This document shows positions 10,585-20,857 of a stretch of DNA of 64,000 nucleotides, in pieces. The translations under genes were made by a program, and so were the position numbers. The stretch covers positions 99,648 to 163,647 of the forward strand of contig NZ_JAPYPG010000002.1 in the NCBI RefSeq assembly GCF_029937755.1. The letters are read 5' to 3'. Below the pieces are notes generated by a model, which worked only from the letters and a program-made list of their open reading frames with translations, was not told where the DNA came from and did no database searches. This DNA comes from Henriciella sp. (GTDB taxonomy: Bacteria; Pseudomonadota; Alphaproteobacteria; Caulobacterales; Hyphomonadaceae). Positions within the stretch are counted from its first letter, which is position 1. Every line of letters begins with the position of its first letter.

Positions 10585-11789
10585 TGCACTTCACTCCTTG
10601 TGCGCGAGGCAGCTTTCTCGATCAGCGACTGAGTCACGGTTCTGACATCCCGATCAAGAGCAATAACATCATCAAGACAGGCTGGCTCTCCAGCGGCAGA
10701 CGTCGAATGCAAGCCCGCTTCCAGCGCGCGCGAGACAATCCAGCTGATATCAGTGAATCCGCACTGCTCTTCCAGGAAGGCATCGACCGCGCACTCATTT
10801 GCAGCATTCATGACGATCGCAGCGCCAGCGCCACTGTCGAGGGCCTGGCGCGCCAGCCTGATCGCGGGAAACCTGACATCGTCAACCGCCGCGAAATCGA
10901 GCCGGCCAAGCTCAACCAGGTTGAGCCGGGCAACATCTGTCGGCAGGCGGCGTTCCGGCCAGGAAAGGGCGTGGGCAATCGGTGTCTTCATATCTGGAGA
11001 ACCGAGCTGTGCAAGGACTGAACCATCCCGATATGTCACTAGCGAATGAACGATGGACTGAGGATGAACAAGCACATCAATCCGCTCTTGCGGCATGTCG
11101 AATAGATAGGCCGCCTCAATCAGCTCGAGCGCCTTGTTCATGAAGGTCGCGCTGTCGACAGAGATCTTGCGTCCCATGGACCACCGCGGGTGATCGCATG
11201 CTTCGTCCGGCGTGACACTATGGAGACGCCCGAGAGGCGTGTTCAGAAACGGGCCACCGGAGGCTGTAAGGACGAGCCGTTCGACATCCTCACGCCGCTC
11301 CATAACCTGGAACATTGCATTGTGCTCTGAGTCCGTCGGAACAATCTCTGCGCCAGTTTCAGACGCCAGGCGGCCAAGGATCGGGCCCGCGCAGACCATG
11401 CTTTCCTTGTTGGCCAGCGCCACACTGTTTCCGGCTTTCAACGCTTCATAGGTTGATCGCAGACCTGCAATACCAACGATCGCAGCGACCACACGGTCGA
11501 CCGGGCGTGACGCAGCATCACTGACGGCTTCTGGTCCCGCAGCGACTTCAATGCCTGTGCCTGACAGCCGGGTCTTGAGCTGCTCATAGCGGCTCTCATC
11601 CGCAACAACGGCGAGTTTTGCATCGAAGGCGATAGCCTGTTTGGCCAATGATTCCACGTCTCTATGGGCTGTCAGTGCATCGACAACGAAAACCGGTGCA
11701 TCAGAGAGCGCATTGGCATGCTCGATAACAGAGAGGGCGGAGCGGCCGACTGAACCAGTTGATCCCATGATCGAAATCCGGATCGTCAT
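10581..11789 (-). CDS. dxr: 1-deoxy-D-xylulose-5-phosphate reductoisomerase
   Basis: GSTGSVG, LANKES, DSEHNA, LTASGGPF, WSMGRKISVDSATFMNK. Confidence 0.98.
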   Translation of the reverse strand: MTIRISIMGSTGSVGRSALSVIEHANALSDAPVFVVDALTAHRDVESLAKQAIAFDAKLAVVADESRYEQLKTRLSGTGIEVAAGPEAVSDAASRPVDRVVAAIVGIAGLRSTYEALKAGNSVALANKESMVCAGPILGRLASETGAEIVPTDSEHNAMFQVMERREDVERLVLTASGGPFLNTPLGRLHSVTPDEACDHPRWSMGRKISVDSATFMNKALELIEAAYLFDMPQERIDVLVHPQSIVHSLVTYRDGSVLAQLGSPDMKTPIAHALSWPERRLPTDVARLNLVELGRLDFAAVDDVRFPAIRLARQALDSGAGAAIVMNAANECAVDAFLEEQCGFTDISWIVSRALEAGLHSTSAAGEPACLDDVIALDRDVRTVTQSLIEKAASRTRSEVQ

Positions 11790-12616
11790 CTGCTCACCTC
11801 CAGTCCTAACATGTCAACCAGAGGGCCCGCCGCGTAAAGGAGCGCAACCGCCATGACGCAGGCCATGCCCAGCCCGTCTACGCGGTCCATAACGCCACCA
11901 TGACCAGGCACGATGCCGCTGGTATCCTTGATGCCGAAACGCCGTTTAAGCGACGATTCAAACAGGTCCCCCCACTGGGCGATGAAGGAAATGCAAAAGC
12001 CTGCGAATAACCAGGGCAAGCGTGGTGCGTCGAGCAGGCCTGCCGCGATCAGGCCGCAAAGCCCGCTGCACAACATGGCCCCAAGTGCACCACTCCAGGT
12101 CTTCGAGGGGGAATCCTTTGGTGAAAGCGGCGGGCCCCCAAAGCCGCGGCCGGCAAAATAGGCCCCCGAATCAGACGCCCACACAGTCCCCATAACGATC
12201 AGCGCCGCGGCCTGACCGTTCCAGTCGCCATCCCGCAGCAGGTACAGAGACAAGGGCAAGCCGGACGCGTAGCAGATACCGAGGGCGCCAATCAGGCGCT
12301 CAGGCAATCTTGCAGGGTGCAAAAGCACTGTCAGCAAGGCGCAGGCGCCCATCAAGGCCAGCGCCACCGTCCAGTCCACTACCAGCATGGCAAGAGAAGG
12401 CAACAAGCAGAAGAAAGCCATGAGTGGCATGACCGGCGAGGCCGTCATACGGGCCCACTCATATCCCATCACCGCCCCAAAGAGCGCGCAGGCTAGAGCG
12501 AGCGGAGCACCTCCTATTGAGACGACGAACAGCGCAAAGGGGATTAGAATAGCTGCCGAAAGTACACGCAGCGCGAGTTCCCTAGTCCGGTGACTCGACG
12601 ACTTCGCCTCAACCAC
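11786..12616 (-). CDS. cdsA: Phosphatidate cytidylyltransferase
   Basis: Hydrophobic protein with WASDSGAYFAG, SPSKTWSG, GDLFESSLKR, PGHGGVMDRVD. Start inferred at the GTG just after the uppS stop. Confidence 0.93.
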   Translation of the reverse strand: MVEAKSSSHRTRELALRVLSAAILIPFALFVVSIGGAPLALACALFGAVMGYEWARMTASPVMPLMAFFCLLPSLAMLVVDWTVALALMGACALLTVLLHPARLPERLIGALGICYASGLPLSLYLLRDGDWNGQAAALIVMGTVWASDSGAYFAGRGFGGPPLSPKDSPSKTWSGALGAMLCSGLCGLIAAGLLDAPRLPWLFAGFCISFIAQWGDLFESSLKRRFGIKDTSGIVPGHGGVMDRVDGLGMACVMAVALLYAAGPLVDMLGLEVSR

Positions 12617-12617
12617 G

Positions 12618-13379
12618 TCAGGCCGCTCCGGACTTAAGCCCGCCAAACCGCCGTTCACGCGAGGCGAACGTATCCAGGGCATCGGCGAGATAGGACTCTC
12701 CGAACTCGGGCCAGAGGACATCCATAAAGACCAGCTCGGCATAAGCGCCTTGCCAGACAAGAAAGTTGCTCAAACGATGCTCTTCGCCCGTGCGGATAAT
12801 AAGGTCCGGATCAGGAAAACCTGACGTGTCGAGATGACCGGCCAGAAGCGCTTCATCAATCTCGGCGGCACCAATACGCCCGGCTTTCAGATCTTCCGCT
12901 ACTTGACGCGTCGCCCGCGCGATTTCCTCGCGTCCGCCATAATTGAAAGCAATACCAAGATTGAATGCCGTGTTTTCACGGGTTTCGTGAATGGCTCTAT
13001 CGAGGAGCTGGGCAATATCGTCCGGCAGGCCTTCTCTCGTGCCAAAGACACTTATTCGAACGCCCTCTTTCTTGAGGCGCTCCAGGTCGCGATTTACGAA
13101 GGTTTTCAACAGGGTGAATAGCGCGCTGACTTCGGAAACGGGGCGACGCCAGTTCTCTGTCGAAAACGAATAGACCGTCAGGTATTGAAGGCCGAACTTC
13201 TGAGCGGCTCGCACGGTCCGACGCAGCGCTTCCACGCCGCGCTCATGCCCTACAGACCGCGGGAAACCATTACGTGACGCCCAGCGCCCATTACCGTCCA
13301 TGATAATACCGACATGAACAGGTACACTCCCACCTTTTTCAGGCTGGGCGTCTTCCGAGGAGGCGGGCTGGGGCGTCAA
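12618..13379 (-). CDS. uppS: Undecaprenyl diphosphate synthase
   Basis: [38 protein letters not shown]. Confidence 0.97.
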   Translation of the reverse strand: MTPQPASSEDAQPEKGGSVPVHVGIIMDGNGRWASRNGFPRSVGHERGVEALRRTVRAAQKFGLQYLTVYSFSTENWRRPVSEVSALFTLLKTFVNRDLERLKKEGVRISVFGTREGLPDDIAQLLDRAIHETRENTAFNLGIAFNYGGREEIARATRQVAEDLKAGRIGAAEIDEALLAGHLDTSGFPDPDLIIRTGEEHRLSNFLVWQGAYAELVFMDVLWPEFGESYLADALDTFASRERRFGGLKSGAA

Positions 13380-13930
13380 ACCTGCATGATCTCCGCTTCT
13401 TTATTTTTCAGGACCTCATCGATACGAGCAATGTGTGCGTCCGTAAGCTTCTGAACATCCTCAGAAAGACCGCGCGCTTGGTCTTCGCTGATCTCTCCAT
13501 CCTTTTCAGCTTTCTTGAGTTGGTCCATACCATCGCGGCGAACGTTGCGGACTGCCACGCGTGCCTGCTCAGCATATTTGCCGGCGACCTTGGTCAGTTC
13601 CGTACGGCGTTCCTCGTTGAGGACCGGAATCGGAATCCGCAGATTATTGCCATCGACAACCGGGTTAAGACCCAGACCTGACTCTCGGACAGCCTTGTCA
13701 GCCGCCCCCACTACAGACTTGTCCCAGATATTGACCGCCAGGGTGCGGGCATCGAGGACGGAAACCGAGCCCACCTGGTTAAGCGGCATGGATGAACCGT
13801 AGGCCGGCACCATCACGGAATCGAGCAAATTGGGCGACGCCCGTCCCGTCCTCAGGCCGCCCAGATCGGACTGGAGTGAGGTAATCGCGCCGTCCATGCG
13901 GCGTTCGATATCTTTCTTGTTCAAACTCAT
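13376..13930 (-). CDS. frr: Ribosome recycling factor
   Basis: [26 protein letters not shown]. Confidence 0.98.
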   Translation of the reverse strand: MSLNKKDIERRMDGAITSLQSDLGGLRTGRASPNLLDSVMVPAYGSSMPLNQVGSVSVLDARTLAVNIWDKSVVGAADKAVRESGLGLNPVVDGNNLRIPIPVLNEERRTELTKVAGKYAEQARVAVRNVRRDGMDQLKKAEKDGEISEDQARGLSEDVQKLTDAHIARIDEVLKNKEAEIMQV

Positions 13931-13948
13931 TCGTGCACTTCTCGCATT

Positions 13949-14686
13949 TTAGGAGATAATCGTCGATGTCCCCTCACCGAGCAGGACATCCTGAAGAGCC
14001 CCTTTCTTGTGCAGGGAAAATACCACAATCGGAATATTCGTGTCGCGCATCAGGCTGACAGCGCTCGCATCCATGACCCGCAGGTCGCGAGCAAGCACCT
14101 CCTGATAGCCGAGCTGATCGTAGCGCTCCGCTGTGGCGTCTTTTTTGGGGTCCGCCGAATATACACCGTCGACCTGCGTGCCCTTGAACATGGCCCCGCA
14201 ATTCATCTCGGCCGCGCGCAGAGCCGCCCCGGTATCCGTGGTAAAATAGGGGTTGCCCGTACCAGCGGCAAAAACGACCACCCTGCCCTTCTCCATATGG
14301 CGGATGGCGCGGCGGCGGATATAGGGTTCGCAAACCGTGTCCATCGGGATCGCCGACTGAACACGGGTTGGCACACCGATCTGCTCAAGCGCGCTCTGCA
14401 TTGCAAGCGCATTCATGACAGTAGCAAGCATGCCCATGGAGTCGGCTTGCGCTCGCTCCATCCCATTCGCAGCCCCTTGAAGACCGCGAAAAATATTTCC
14501 GCCACCGATTACGAGACACAGTTCAACGCCTGTATTCTTCACTGCAGTGGCAATTTCTTCGGCGAAACTCAAACAGGTCGGCATGTGGATGCCAAACTCT
14601 GACGGTCCCATGAGGGCCTCGCCCGAAAGTTTCAGCAGAACCCGTTTGTAGACTAGCTTGTCAGAAAAATCTGAACCGTCCGGCAT
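13949..14686 (-). CDS. pyrH: UMP kinase
   Basis: [38 protein letters not shown]. Confidence 0.98.
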   Translation of the reverse strand: MPDGSDFSDKLVYKRVLLKLSGEALMGPSEFGIHMPTCLSFAEEIATAVKNTGVELCLVIGGGNIFRGLQGAANGMERAQADSMGMLATVMNALAMQSALEQIGVPTRVQSAIPMDTVCEPYIRRRAIRHMEKGRVVVFAAGTGNPYFTTDTGAALRAAEMNCGAMFKGTQVDGVYSADPKKDATAERYDQLGYQEVLARDLRVMDASAVSLMRDTNIPIVVFSLHKKGALQDVLLGEGTSTIIS

Positions 14687-14722
14687 ATCTCAACTCCAGC
14701 GCCCGACTTGCTCGTAAAGGAT

Positions 14723-14751
14723 TCCCGACTGCCTGTCATGGGCAGCCGGGA
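14723..14751 (-). terminator. Stem-loop after tsf (terminator-like or processing hairpin)
   Basis: Minus strand UCCCGGCUGCC-CAUGACA-GGCAGUCGGGA forms 11 bp including one G-U pair; followed by AUCCUUU, only a weak U tract. Confidence 0.5.
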
Positions 14752-14774
14752 TCTTTCAGTGCAATATCTACGGC

Positions 14775-15689
14775 CTAGGAGCCAGATGTCATGGACGCGA
14801 CTTCTGCAGCGAAGTCGTCATCTTCCTTGTCGATGCCTTCACCAAGGGTGAAGCGGACAAATCCGACGAGTTTCGTACCCTGCTCTTCCAGGAACTGGCC
14901 GACCGTCTGGTCGGGGTTCATCACGAAAGGCTGCTCCACAAGAACGACTTCCTTGTAGAACTTCTTCAGGCGGCCTTCGATCATCTTCTCGATGACGTTA
15001 TCCGGCTTGCCGCTTTCCTTGGCCTGGTCAGTCAGAACCTGACGCTCGCGCTCAACCAGCTCAGGGTCGAGATCAGCGGTCGTGGCAGACGCCGGGCTTG
15101 TTGCAGCGACATGCATAGCGACCTTGCGGCCAGCTTCGGAGGTCTTGTCGGCGTCGGCGCCTTCAAGAGCCACCAGAACGCCGATCTTACCCATGTTTGG
15201 TGCTTCGGCGCTGTGAACATACGCAGCAACCTGGCCGTTCGGGGCTTCCATCGTGGCTGTACGGCGAAGCGTCATGTTTTCACCGATCGTGGCAACAAGA
15301 CCAGTGATCATGTCGTTGACCGTGCCGTCACCGGCAGGTGCCTTGGCGCCCTGAAGCGCCTCGAGCGTCCCATCGGTTTCCAGGGCCGTATTGGCGATCT
15401 GGCCGAGAGCCGACTGGAACTTCTCGTTGCGGGCAACGAAGTCGGTTTCAGCGTTCAGCTCTACGAGTGCGCCCTTCTTGCCATCGTCGGAAAGTACTGC
15501 AGCCACCAGGCCGTCAGCCGCCGTGCGGCCCGACTTCTTGGCGGCTTTCGACAGGCCCTTGGCCCGCAGCCAATCAACGGCCGCTTCCATTTCGCCGTCG
15601 TTTTCGACCAGTGCTTTCTTCGCATCCATCATACCCGCGCCAGTGCGGTCGCGCAGGTCCTTGACCAGAGCGGCGGTGATCTGTGCCAT
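14775..15689 (-). CDS. tsf: Translation elongation factor Ts
   Basis: Start re-set to [22 protein letters not shown]; [12 protein letters not shown]; follows rpsB. Confidence 0.98.
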   Translation of the reverse strand: MAQITAALVKDLRDRTGAGMMDAKKALVENDGEMEAAVDWLRAKGLSKAAKKSGRTAADGLVAAVLSDDGKKGALVELNAETDFVARNEKFQSALGQIANTALETDGTLEALQGAKAPAGDGTVNDMITGLVATIGENMTLRRTATMEAPNGQVAAYVHSAEAPNMGKIGVLVALEGADADKTSEAGRKVAMHVAATSPASATTADLDPELVERERQVLTDQAKESGKPDNVIEKMIEGRLKKFYKEVVLVEQPFVMNPDQTVGQFLEEQGTKLVGFVRFTLGEGIDKEDDDFAAEVASMTSGS

Positions 15690-15720
15690 CTCAGAGATCC
15701 TTTTAAAGTGTGGTTGGACT

Positions 15721-16542
15721 TCAGCCTTCGGCCTTGACTTCCTTGTCCTCGCCGGAGCTTTCGCTGGCCGCTTCGTCAGCAGCCGTAACATCCGCTTCGG
15801 TCAGGCCCTCAATGTCTTCGGACTCGCCAAGGTCAATACCAAGACCAGCCGACGACTCCGCCAGACCATCGAGAACTGCGTCTGCAACAAGGTTGCAGTA
15901 CATGGAAATCGAGCGCGCAGCATCGTCATTGCCCGGGAACGGGAAATCAACGTCATCCGGATCGCAATTCGTATCGATCACGGCGACGACCGGAATGCCG
16001 AGCTTCTTGGCTTCCTTGATCGCAATCTGCTCCTTGTTCGTGTCGATCACGAACATCAGGCTTGGCAGACCGCCCATATTGGCAATACCACCCAGAGCGC
16101 GGTCAAGTTTGTCGCGCTCACGCTCGACAACAAGAAGCTCTTTCTTCGTAAGACCGGAAGCGTCACGATCCGACAGCGTCTCATCGAGTTCGCGAAGACG
16201 GCGGATCGATTTCGAAACTGTCGACCAGTTCGTCAGCGTACCGCCGAGCCAACGATGGTTCATATAATACTGAGCGCAGCGTTCAGCGGCTTCCGCCACC
16301 GGCTGCGCTGCCTGGCGCTTGGTGCCAACGAAAAGAACGCGGCCACCTTGAGCAACAGTGTCACGAACCTGGACCAGTGCTTGATGAAGCAGCGGAACCG
16401 TTTTCGACAGGTCCATGATGTGGATGCCCGCACGATCGCCGTAGATATACGGCTTCATCTTCGGGTTCCAGCGGTGGGTTTGGTGACCAAAGTGGACGCC
16501 AGCCTCAAGCAGCTGACGCATGGAGAATTCAGGCAGTGCCAT
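15721..16542 (-). CDS. rpsB: 30S ribosomal protein S2
   Basis: [34 protein letters not shown]. Confidence 0.99.
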   Translation of the reverse strand: MALPEFSMRQLLEAGVHFGHQTHRWNPKMKPYIYGDRAGIHIMDLSKTVPLLHQALVQVRDTVAQGGRVLFVGTKRQAAQPVAEAAERCAQYYMNHRWLGGTLTNWSTVSKSIRRLRELDETLSDRDASGLTKKELLVVERERDKLDRALGGIANMGGLPSLMFVIDTNKEQIAIKEAKKLGIPVVAVIDTNCDPDDVDFPFPGNDDAARSISMYCNLVADAVLDGLAESSAGLGIDLGESEDIEGLTEADVTAADEAASESSGEDKEVKAEG

Positions 16543-16628
16543 ATCTAATTTTCCTTTTCCGGTTGACCGGCACGGGCGCTATCGGCCTCAAACTGCTGAG
16601 ACAGACACCGGATAGCCCGCGCATCGGG
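16543..16628 (-). promoter_or_regulatory. Structured rpsB leader (probable S2 autoregulatory element)
   Basis: Long imperfect stem (16570-16585 with 16608-16622) followed by GGTCAACCGGAAAAGGAAA just before the ATG. rpsB-tsf leaders are known S2 feedback elements. Confidence 0.6.
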
Positions 16629-16643
16629 GGTTGATGGGGCTGG

Positions 16644-16671
16644 CTTATACAATTTTTGCGCCTGTGCGCAA
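16644..16671 (-). promoter_or_regulatory. Putative sigma70 promoter of rpsB-tsf
   Basis: Minus strand TTGCGC-N16-TATAAG immediately upstream of the leader. Confidence 0.5.
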
Positions 16672-16681
16672 CCGCTCTTGT

Positions 16682-19600
16682 TCAGGCTGCCCGCGTATCG
16701 ACACGGGCAACGCCGGACGCCATCTTCAGAGCGCGAAGTGCTTCAAGCCCTGTTGCGTAGACATTCGGAAGCTTGATGGTGACCATGCGACCGTCATCGA
16801 GGGGAAGATCAAGGTAGATTGCACCGCGATCCGCGCCGGGGGCATTGACCAGACGGTCTGCCACAGCGGCGATCTCTTCATAGTTCGCTCCGCGCGAAAG
16901 ATGAACGATCAGCGCTTCGGCCTTTTTACCGATCCGCGCCTTATCGATCGGCGTGACCTGTTTGGCACTGAGCCGGATTTCCTCATCCTGCCGGCGAACG
17001 TTCACGGTAACGCAAACGCTGCTGCCTGTTTCCAGGATCGGCCTGTACATGTCGAGCGCTTCGGGCATGACCATAAGCTCCACCTCGCCAGTGGGATCCG
17101 ACAGGGTCAGGAACGCAAACTTGCCCCCCGACCGCGAAATCTTCTCGACCCGGCGGCGCACGACGCCGATCAGTTCGAGCGGACGGCCGTCCATCGCGAC
17201 ATCACCGATTTCCGCCGATAGCGTAATCCGGCCATCTTCCAGACTGTCCAGCACGTCATCAAGTGGATGCCCGCTCAGGAAGAAACCTGTCGCCGCAAAT
17301 TCTTCATCAAGCTTTTGCTGGCCATTCCACGCAGAGGCCTGCGGCAGAGCTGTCCGCACGGCTGGCTCAGCATCGCCGAAAAGACCGCCTTGGCCCCCGG
17401 CGCGGTCTTCCGCCGCCGAGACAGCCGCCGCTGCCAGCAGAGGCGCAGCCGCCAGCGCGCTAGCACGGTTGGGTTCGAGACTGTCAAACGCTCCGGCGCG
17501 CGCCAGCTGCTCGATGCATTTCTTATTCACTGATTTCGGATCGACCCGCTCTGCAAAGTCATGGAGCGACTCGAATGGTCCGTTGGCCCGCCGCTCCTCT
17601 TCAACATGTTTCATCGCCTCCAGACCAACGCCTTTGAGTGCGCCCAGGGCATAGACAAGCGCCCCATCCTGCACATCAAAATCCGCCGTGGAACGATTGA
17701 TGTCAGGCTGGACAAGATCAATTTTGAGGCGCTTCACCTCCTGCACAAAGGCAGCGAGCTTGTCTGTATTGTGAATGTCGAGGCTCATCGAGGCGGCGAG
17801 GAACTCAACCGGGAAATGTCGCTTCAGATAGGCTGTCTGGTAGCCGATAAGGGCGTAAGCAGCGGCGTGTGACTTGTTGAAACCATAGCCGGCGAACTTC
17901 TCCATCGTGTCGAAGATATCGTTGGCAAGGGGCGCCTCGATACCTTTGAGCTCCTTTGCGCCCTTGAGGAAGCGCTGACGCTGGGCAACCATCTCCTCGA
18001 CCTTCTTCTTGCCCATGGCGCGGCGCAGAAGGTCAGCTTCGCCCAGTGAATAACCCGCAATCTCCTGGGCCATCCGCATGACCTGCTCCTGATAGACAGG
18101 AACGCCGTAGGTGGCCTCGAGGATGGGCTCGAGATCGGGATGCTGGTAGCGGATGCTTGATGGATCTTCCTTGCCTTGGACATAGACTGGAATGTTGTCC
18201 ATCGGGCCCGGCCGGTAGAGCGAGATGATGGCGATCACGTCTTCAATGTTGTGCGGCCGAACCTTTCGCAGCGTATCACGCATGCCCTGCCCTTCGAGCT
18301 GGAACACGCCGAGCGTCTGGCCGCTGGCCATAAGATCGTAGGATGCCTCATCATTCATCGCCGCCCATTCAGGCCCGACATCCTGACCGTCGCGGCGAAT
18401 AAACTTCAGCGCACGGTCGATGACGGTGAGCGTCTTCAGGCCGAGGAAATCGAACTTAACAAGACCCGCGGATTCGGCCCATTTCATATTGAACTGGGTG
18501 GCCGGCAGGTCGGACCGCGGATCATTGTAGAGCGGAACCAGTTCGGTCAGGGGGCGGTCGCCAATGACGACGCCCGCAGCGTGCGTGCCAGCATTGCGGT
18601 AAAGCCCCTCAAGAGCCAAAGCCGTTTCGAGCAATTCGCCTACGCGCGGATCCTGAGCGACCTCCTCGTCGAACTTGGGCTCCTCGTCGATCGCTTCCTG
18701 AAGCTTCGGCGGGTTGGCAGGGTTAAACGGAATGAGTTTGGCCAGTCTGTCGACCTGGCCATAGGGCATCTGCATCACACGGCCGACATCGCGCACCACA
18801 GCCTTCGCCTGAAGTGTGCCGAAGGTGATGATTGCTGCAACACTTTCCGCGCCGTATTTGTCACGTACGTAACGGATGACCTCACCACGCCGCTCCTGAC
18901 AGAAGTCGATGTCGAAGTCTGGCATCGAAACACGTTCGGGGTTGAGGAACCGCTCAAACAGCAAATCAAAGCGCAGCGGGTCGAGGTCGGTAATCGTCAG
19001 CACCCACGCCACGACAGACCCGGCGCCCGACCCACGGCCGGGGCCCACTGGAATGTCGTGATCCTTTGCCCACTTGATGAAGTCGGACACGATCAGGAAA
19101 TAGCCGGGAAAACCCATCTTCTCGATGATCCCAAGCTCGTAGGCGAGCCGTTCCTCATAGACGTGCCGTTCGGCATAAAGCTTCGGCGCTTCCTCAAGAC
19201 GACGGACAAGCCCTTCCTCCGCCTGGACCTTCAGCTCCTCAATCTCAGAGCGTGACCCGTCGCCAAAGCGCGGAAGGATCGGCGCATGCTTGCGCGCGCG
19301 CACTGCGCAGCGTTTCGCGATTTCAACGGTGTTGGCGAGGGCTTCGGGAAGGTCCTCAAACAGCGCGGCCATCTCATCGGCTGTCTTCAGATACTGCTCT
19401 GGCGAGACCCGCTTGCGGTCATCCTGACCAAGATACTCACCGTTCGCGATACACATCATGGCGTCATGCGCCTTGGCATCTTCCGCCTTCGGAAAGCGGC
19501 AGTCATGAGTTGCCACGAGTGGCAAGCCCAGCTTGTAGGCCGCATCAATCAGGCCAGGTTCGCTGTTCGCTTCATCGGCAAGACCATGACGCGTCAGCTC

Positions 19601-20101
19601 TACGTAGCATCGCCCGGGATACGCAGCGGCAAACTCGGCGAGCGTTGCTTCGGCTTCTGCTTGTTTGCCCTTCAGAATATACTGTGCCGCCTCGCCGCGA
19701 GACCCGCCCGTAAGCAGGATCAGTCCGTCAGTCTTCTCAAACAGGTGTTCCCGCTTCAGGCGCGCGACGCCATCCTTAGCCTCGAGATAGGCAAAGGAGG
19801 AAAGCTCCATGAGCCTCTCATATCCAGTCTCATCCTGCGCATAGACAGAAACCTGCGTCAGCCATTCCTGGTGCCCGCCATCCGTCACATCGAAACAGCA
19901 GGCCATGAGCGGCTGGATGCCAGCGCCAGACAGCATCTCGGAAATTTCCAGCGCTCCGAACAAATTGTTCCGGTCCGTTACAGCGACGGCTGGCGCACGA
20001 TTCGCTTCGGCCCAGCCGGTCAGCTGTTTCGGCGTGATCATGCTTTCGAGCAAGGAATAGCTCGTACGGACAGCCAGATGGATGAATGTCGGATCGGTCA
20101 C
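16682..20101 (-). CDS. dnaE: DNA polymerase III alpha subunit
   Basis: PHP domain (HLAVRTSYS, TDRNNLFG), GRGSGAGS, PDFDIDF, YGFNKSHAAAY, OB fold; GTG start; no intein seen. Confidence 0.98.
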   Translation of the reverse strand: MTDPTFIHLAVRTSYSLLESMITPKQLTGWAEANRAPAVAVTDRNNLFGALEISEMLSGAGIQPLMACCFDVTDGGHQEWLTQVSVYAQDETGYERLMELSSFAYLEAKDGVARLKREHLFEKTDGLILLTGGSRGEAAQYILKGKQAEAEATLAEFAAAYPGRCYVELTRHGLADEANSEPGLIDAAYKLGLPLVATHDCRFPKAEDAKAHDAMMCIANGEYLGQDDRKRVSPEQYLKTADEMAALFEDLPEALANTVEIAKRCAVRARKHAPILPRFGDGSRSEIEELKVQAEEGLVRRLEEAPKLYAERHVYEERLAYELGIIEKMGFPGYFLIVSDFIKWAKDHDIPVGPGRGSGAGSVVAWVLTITDLDPLRFDLLFERFLNPERVSMPDFDIDFCQERRGEVIRYVRDKYGAESVAAIITFGTLQAKAVVRDVGRVMQMPYGQVDRLAKLIPFNPANPPKLQEAIDEEPKFDEEVAQDPRVGELLETALALEGLYRNAGTHAAGVVIGDRPLTELVPLYNDPRSDLPATQFNMKWAESAGLVKFDFLGLKTLTVIDRALKFIRRDGQDVGPEWAAMNDEASYDLMASGQTLGVFQLEGQGMRDTLRKVRPHNIEDVIAIISLYRPGPMDNIPVYVQGKEDPSSIRYQHPDLEPILEATYGVPVYQEQVMRMAQEIAGYSLGEADLLRRAMGKKKVEEMVAQRQRFLKGAKELKGIEAPLANDIFDTMEKFAGYGFNKSHAAAYALIGYQTAYLKRHFPVEFLAASMSLDIHNTDKLAAFVQEVKRLKIDLVQPDINRSTADFDVQDGALVYALGALKGVGLEAMKHVEEERRANGPFESLHDFAERVDPKSVNKKCIEQLARAGAFDSLEPNRASALAAAPLLAAAAVSAAEDRAGGQGGLFGDAEPAVRTALPQASAWNGQQKLDEEFAATGFFLSGHPLDDVLDSLEDGRITLSAEIGDVAMDGRPLELIGVVRRRVEKISRSGGKFAFLTLSDPTGEVELMVMPEALDMYRPILETGSSVCVTVNVRRQDEEIRLSAKQVTPIDKARIGKKAEALIVHLSRGANYEEIAAVADRLVNAPGADRGAIYLDLPLDDGRMVTIKLPNVYATGLEALRALKMASGVARVDTRAA

Positions 20102-20124
20102 GTGAAGGGGGACCTCTTGCAGCG

Positions 20125-20139
20125 GAACAAATAGAGTAT
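20125..20139. promoter_or_regulatory. Candidate alphaproteobacterial LexA (SOS) box upstream of dnaE
   Basis: GAAC-AAATAGA-GTAT versus the consensus GAAC-N7-GAAC/GTAC, 24 nt upstream of the dnaE start; second half-site imperfect. Confidence 0.4.
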
Positions 20140-20167
20140 GCCCGCTAGATGGACTGAGTCGAAGGGG

Positions 20168-20857
20168 TCAGCCGGTAAAGGTTGTGAGTTTTCCGTCTTC
20201 GAGTGTCAGCACGCGGTCCATATGCTGAGTGAGCGCCATATTGTGTGTCGCGACAAGCACAGCTGCGCCCTCACTGCGCGCAATACGGATGAGACTGGCA
20301 AAGACACGGTCGGTCGTGGTGGGATCGAGATTACCTGTGGGTTCATCCGCGATAACCAGCTTGGGATCATTCACCAGGGCGCGGGCAATCGCCACGCGCT
20401 GCTGCTCGCCCCCGGACAGTTGGCCAGGCTGGTGATCAGCCCGATCCGACAACCCCATCTCGGCAAGCAACTCGTCTGCTTTCTGCCGCGCCTGCCTGCG
20501 CTTCACACCATTCACCATGAGCGGCATGGCAACATTATCGCGCGCATCGAACTCAGGCAGAAGGTGGTGGAACTGGTAGACGAAGCCCAGCTTCTCGCGG
20601 CGCAGGCGCGTGCGGACACGATCCGAGAGTTGCAGCACGGATTCTCCGTCAAGCAGCACCTCGCCGCCTTCAGCGCGCTCAAGCAAGCCCGCTGTATGAA
20701 GCAGCGTGGACTTGCCCGACCCCGATGGTCCGACAAGCCCGACAAGCTCCCCACGGTTCAGCACCAGATCAGCCCCTTCCAGCACCTTCAGCATGTTGGG
20801 GCCGGAGCTGTATTCGCGGACAATCCCGCGCAGTTCGAGAACTGGCTCGCTCATCAC
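20168..20857 (-). CDS. lolD: Lipoprotein-releasing ABC transporter ATP-binding protein
   Basis: [32 protein letters not shown]; follows lolC/E. Confidence 0.93.
   Translation of the reverse strand: MMSEPVLELRGIVREYSSGPNMLKVLEGADLVLNRGELVGLVGPSGSGKSTLLHTAGLLERAEGGEVLLDGESVLQLSDRVRTRLRREKLGFVYQFHHLLPEFDARDNVAMPLMVNGVKRRQARQKADELLAEMGLSDRADHQPGQLSGGEQQRVAIARALVNDPKLVIADEPTGNLDPTTTDRVFASLIRIARSEGAAVLVATHNMALTQHMDRVLTLEDGKLTTFTG

Noticed and set aside
12617-12760. Upstream extension of cdsA, and similar long starts for tsf, proS, nuoK, nuoE, nuoB and argC
   Set aside because: These extensions overlap neighbouring genes or intergenic DNA; homology starts at the downstream codons used here.
17824-20134. 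Long + strand ORFs opposite dnaE (e.g. 18176-19255, 19286-20134)
   Set aside because: Antisense shadows of a conserved gene with no recognisable domains.
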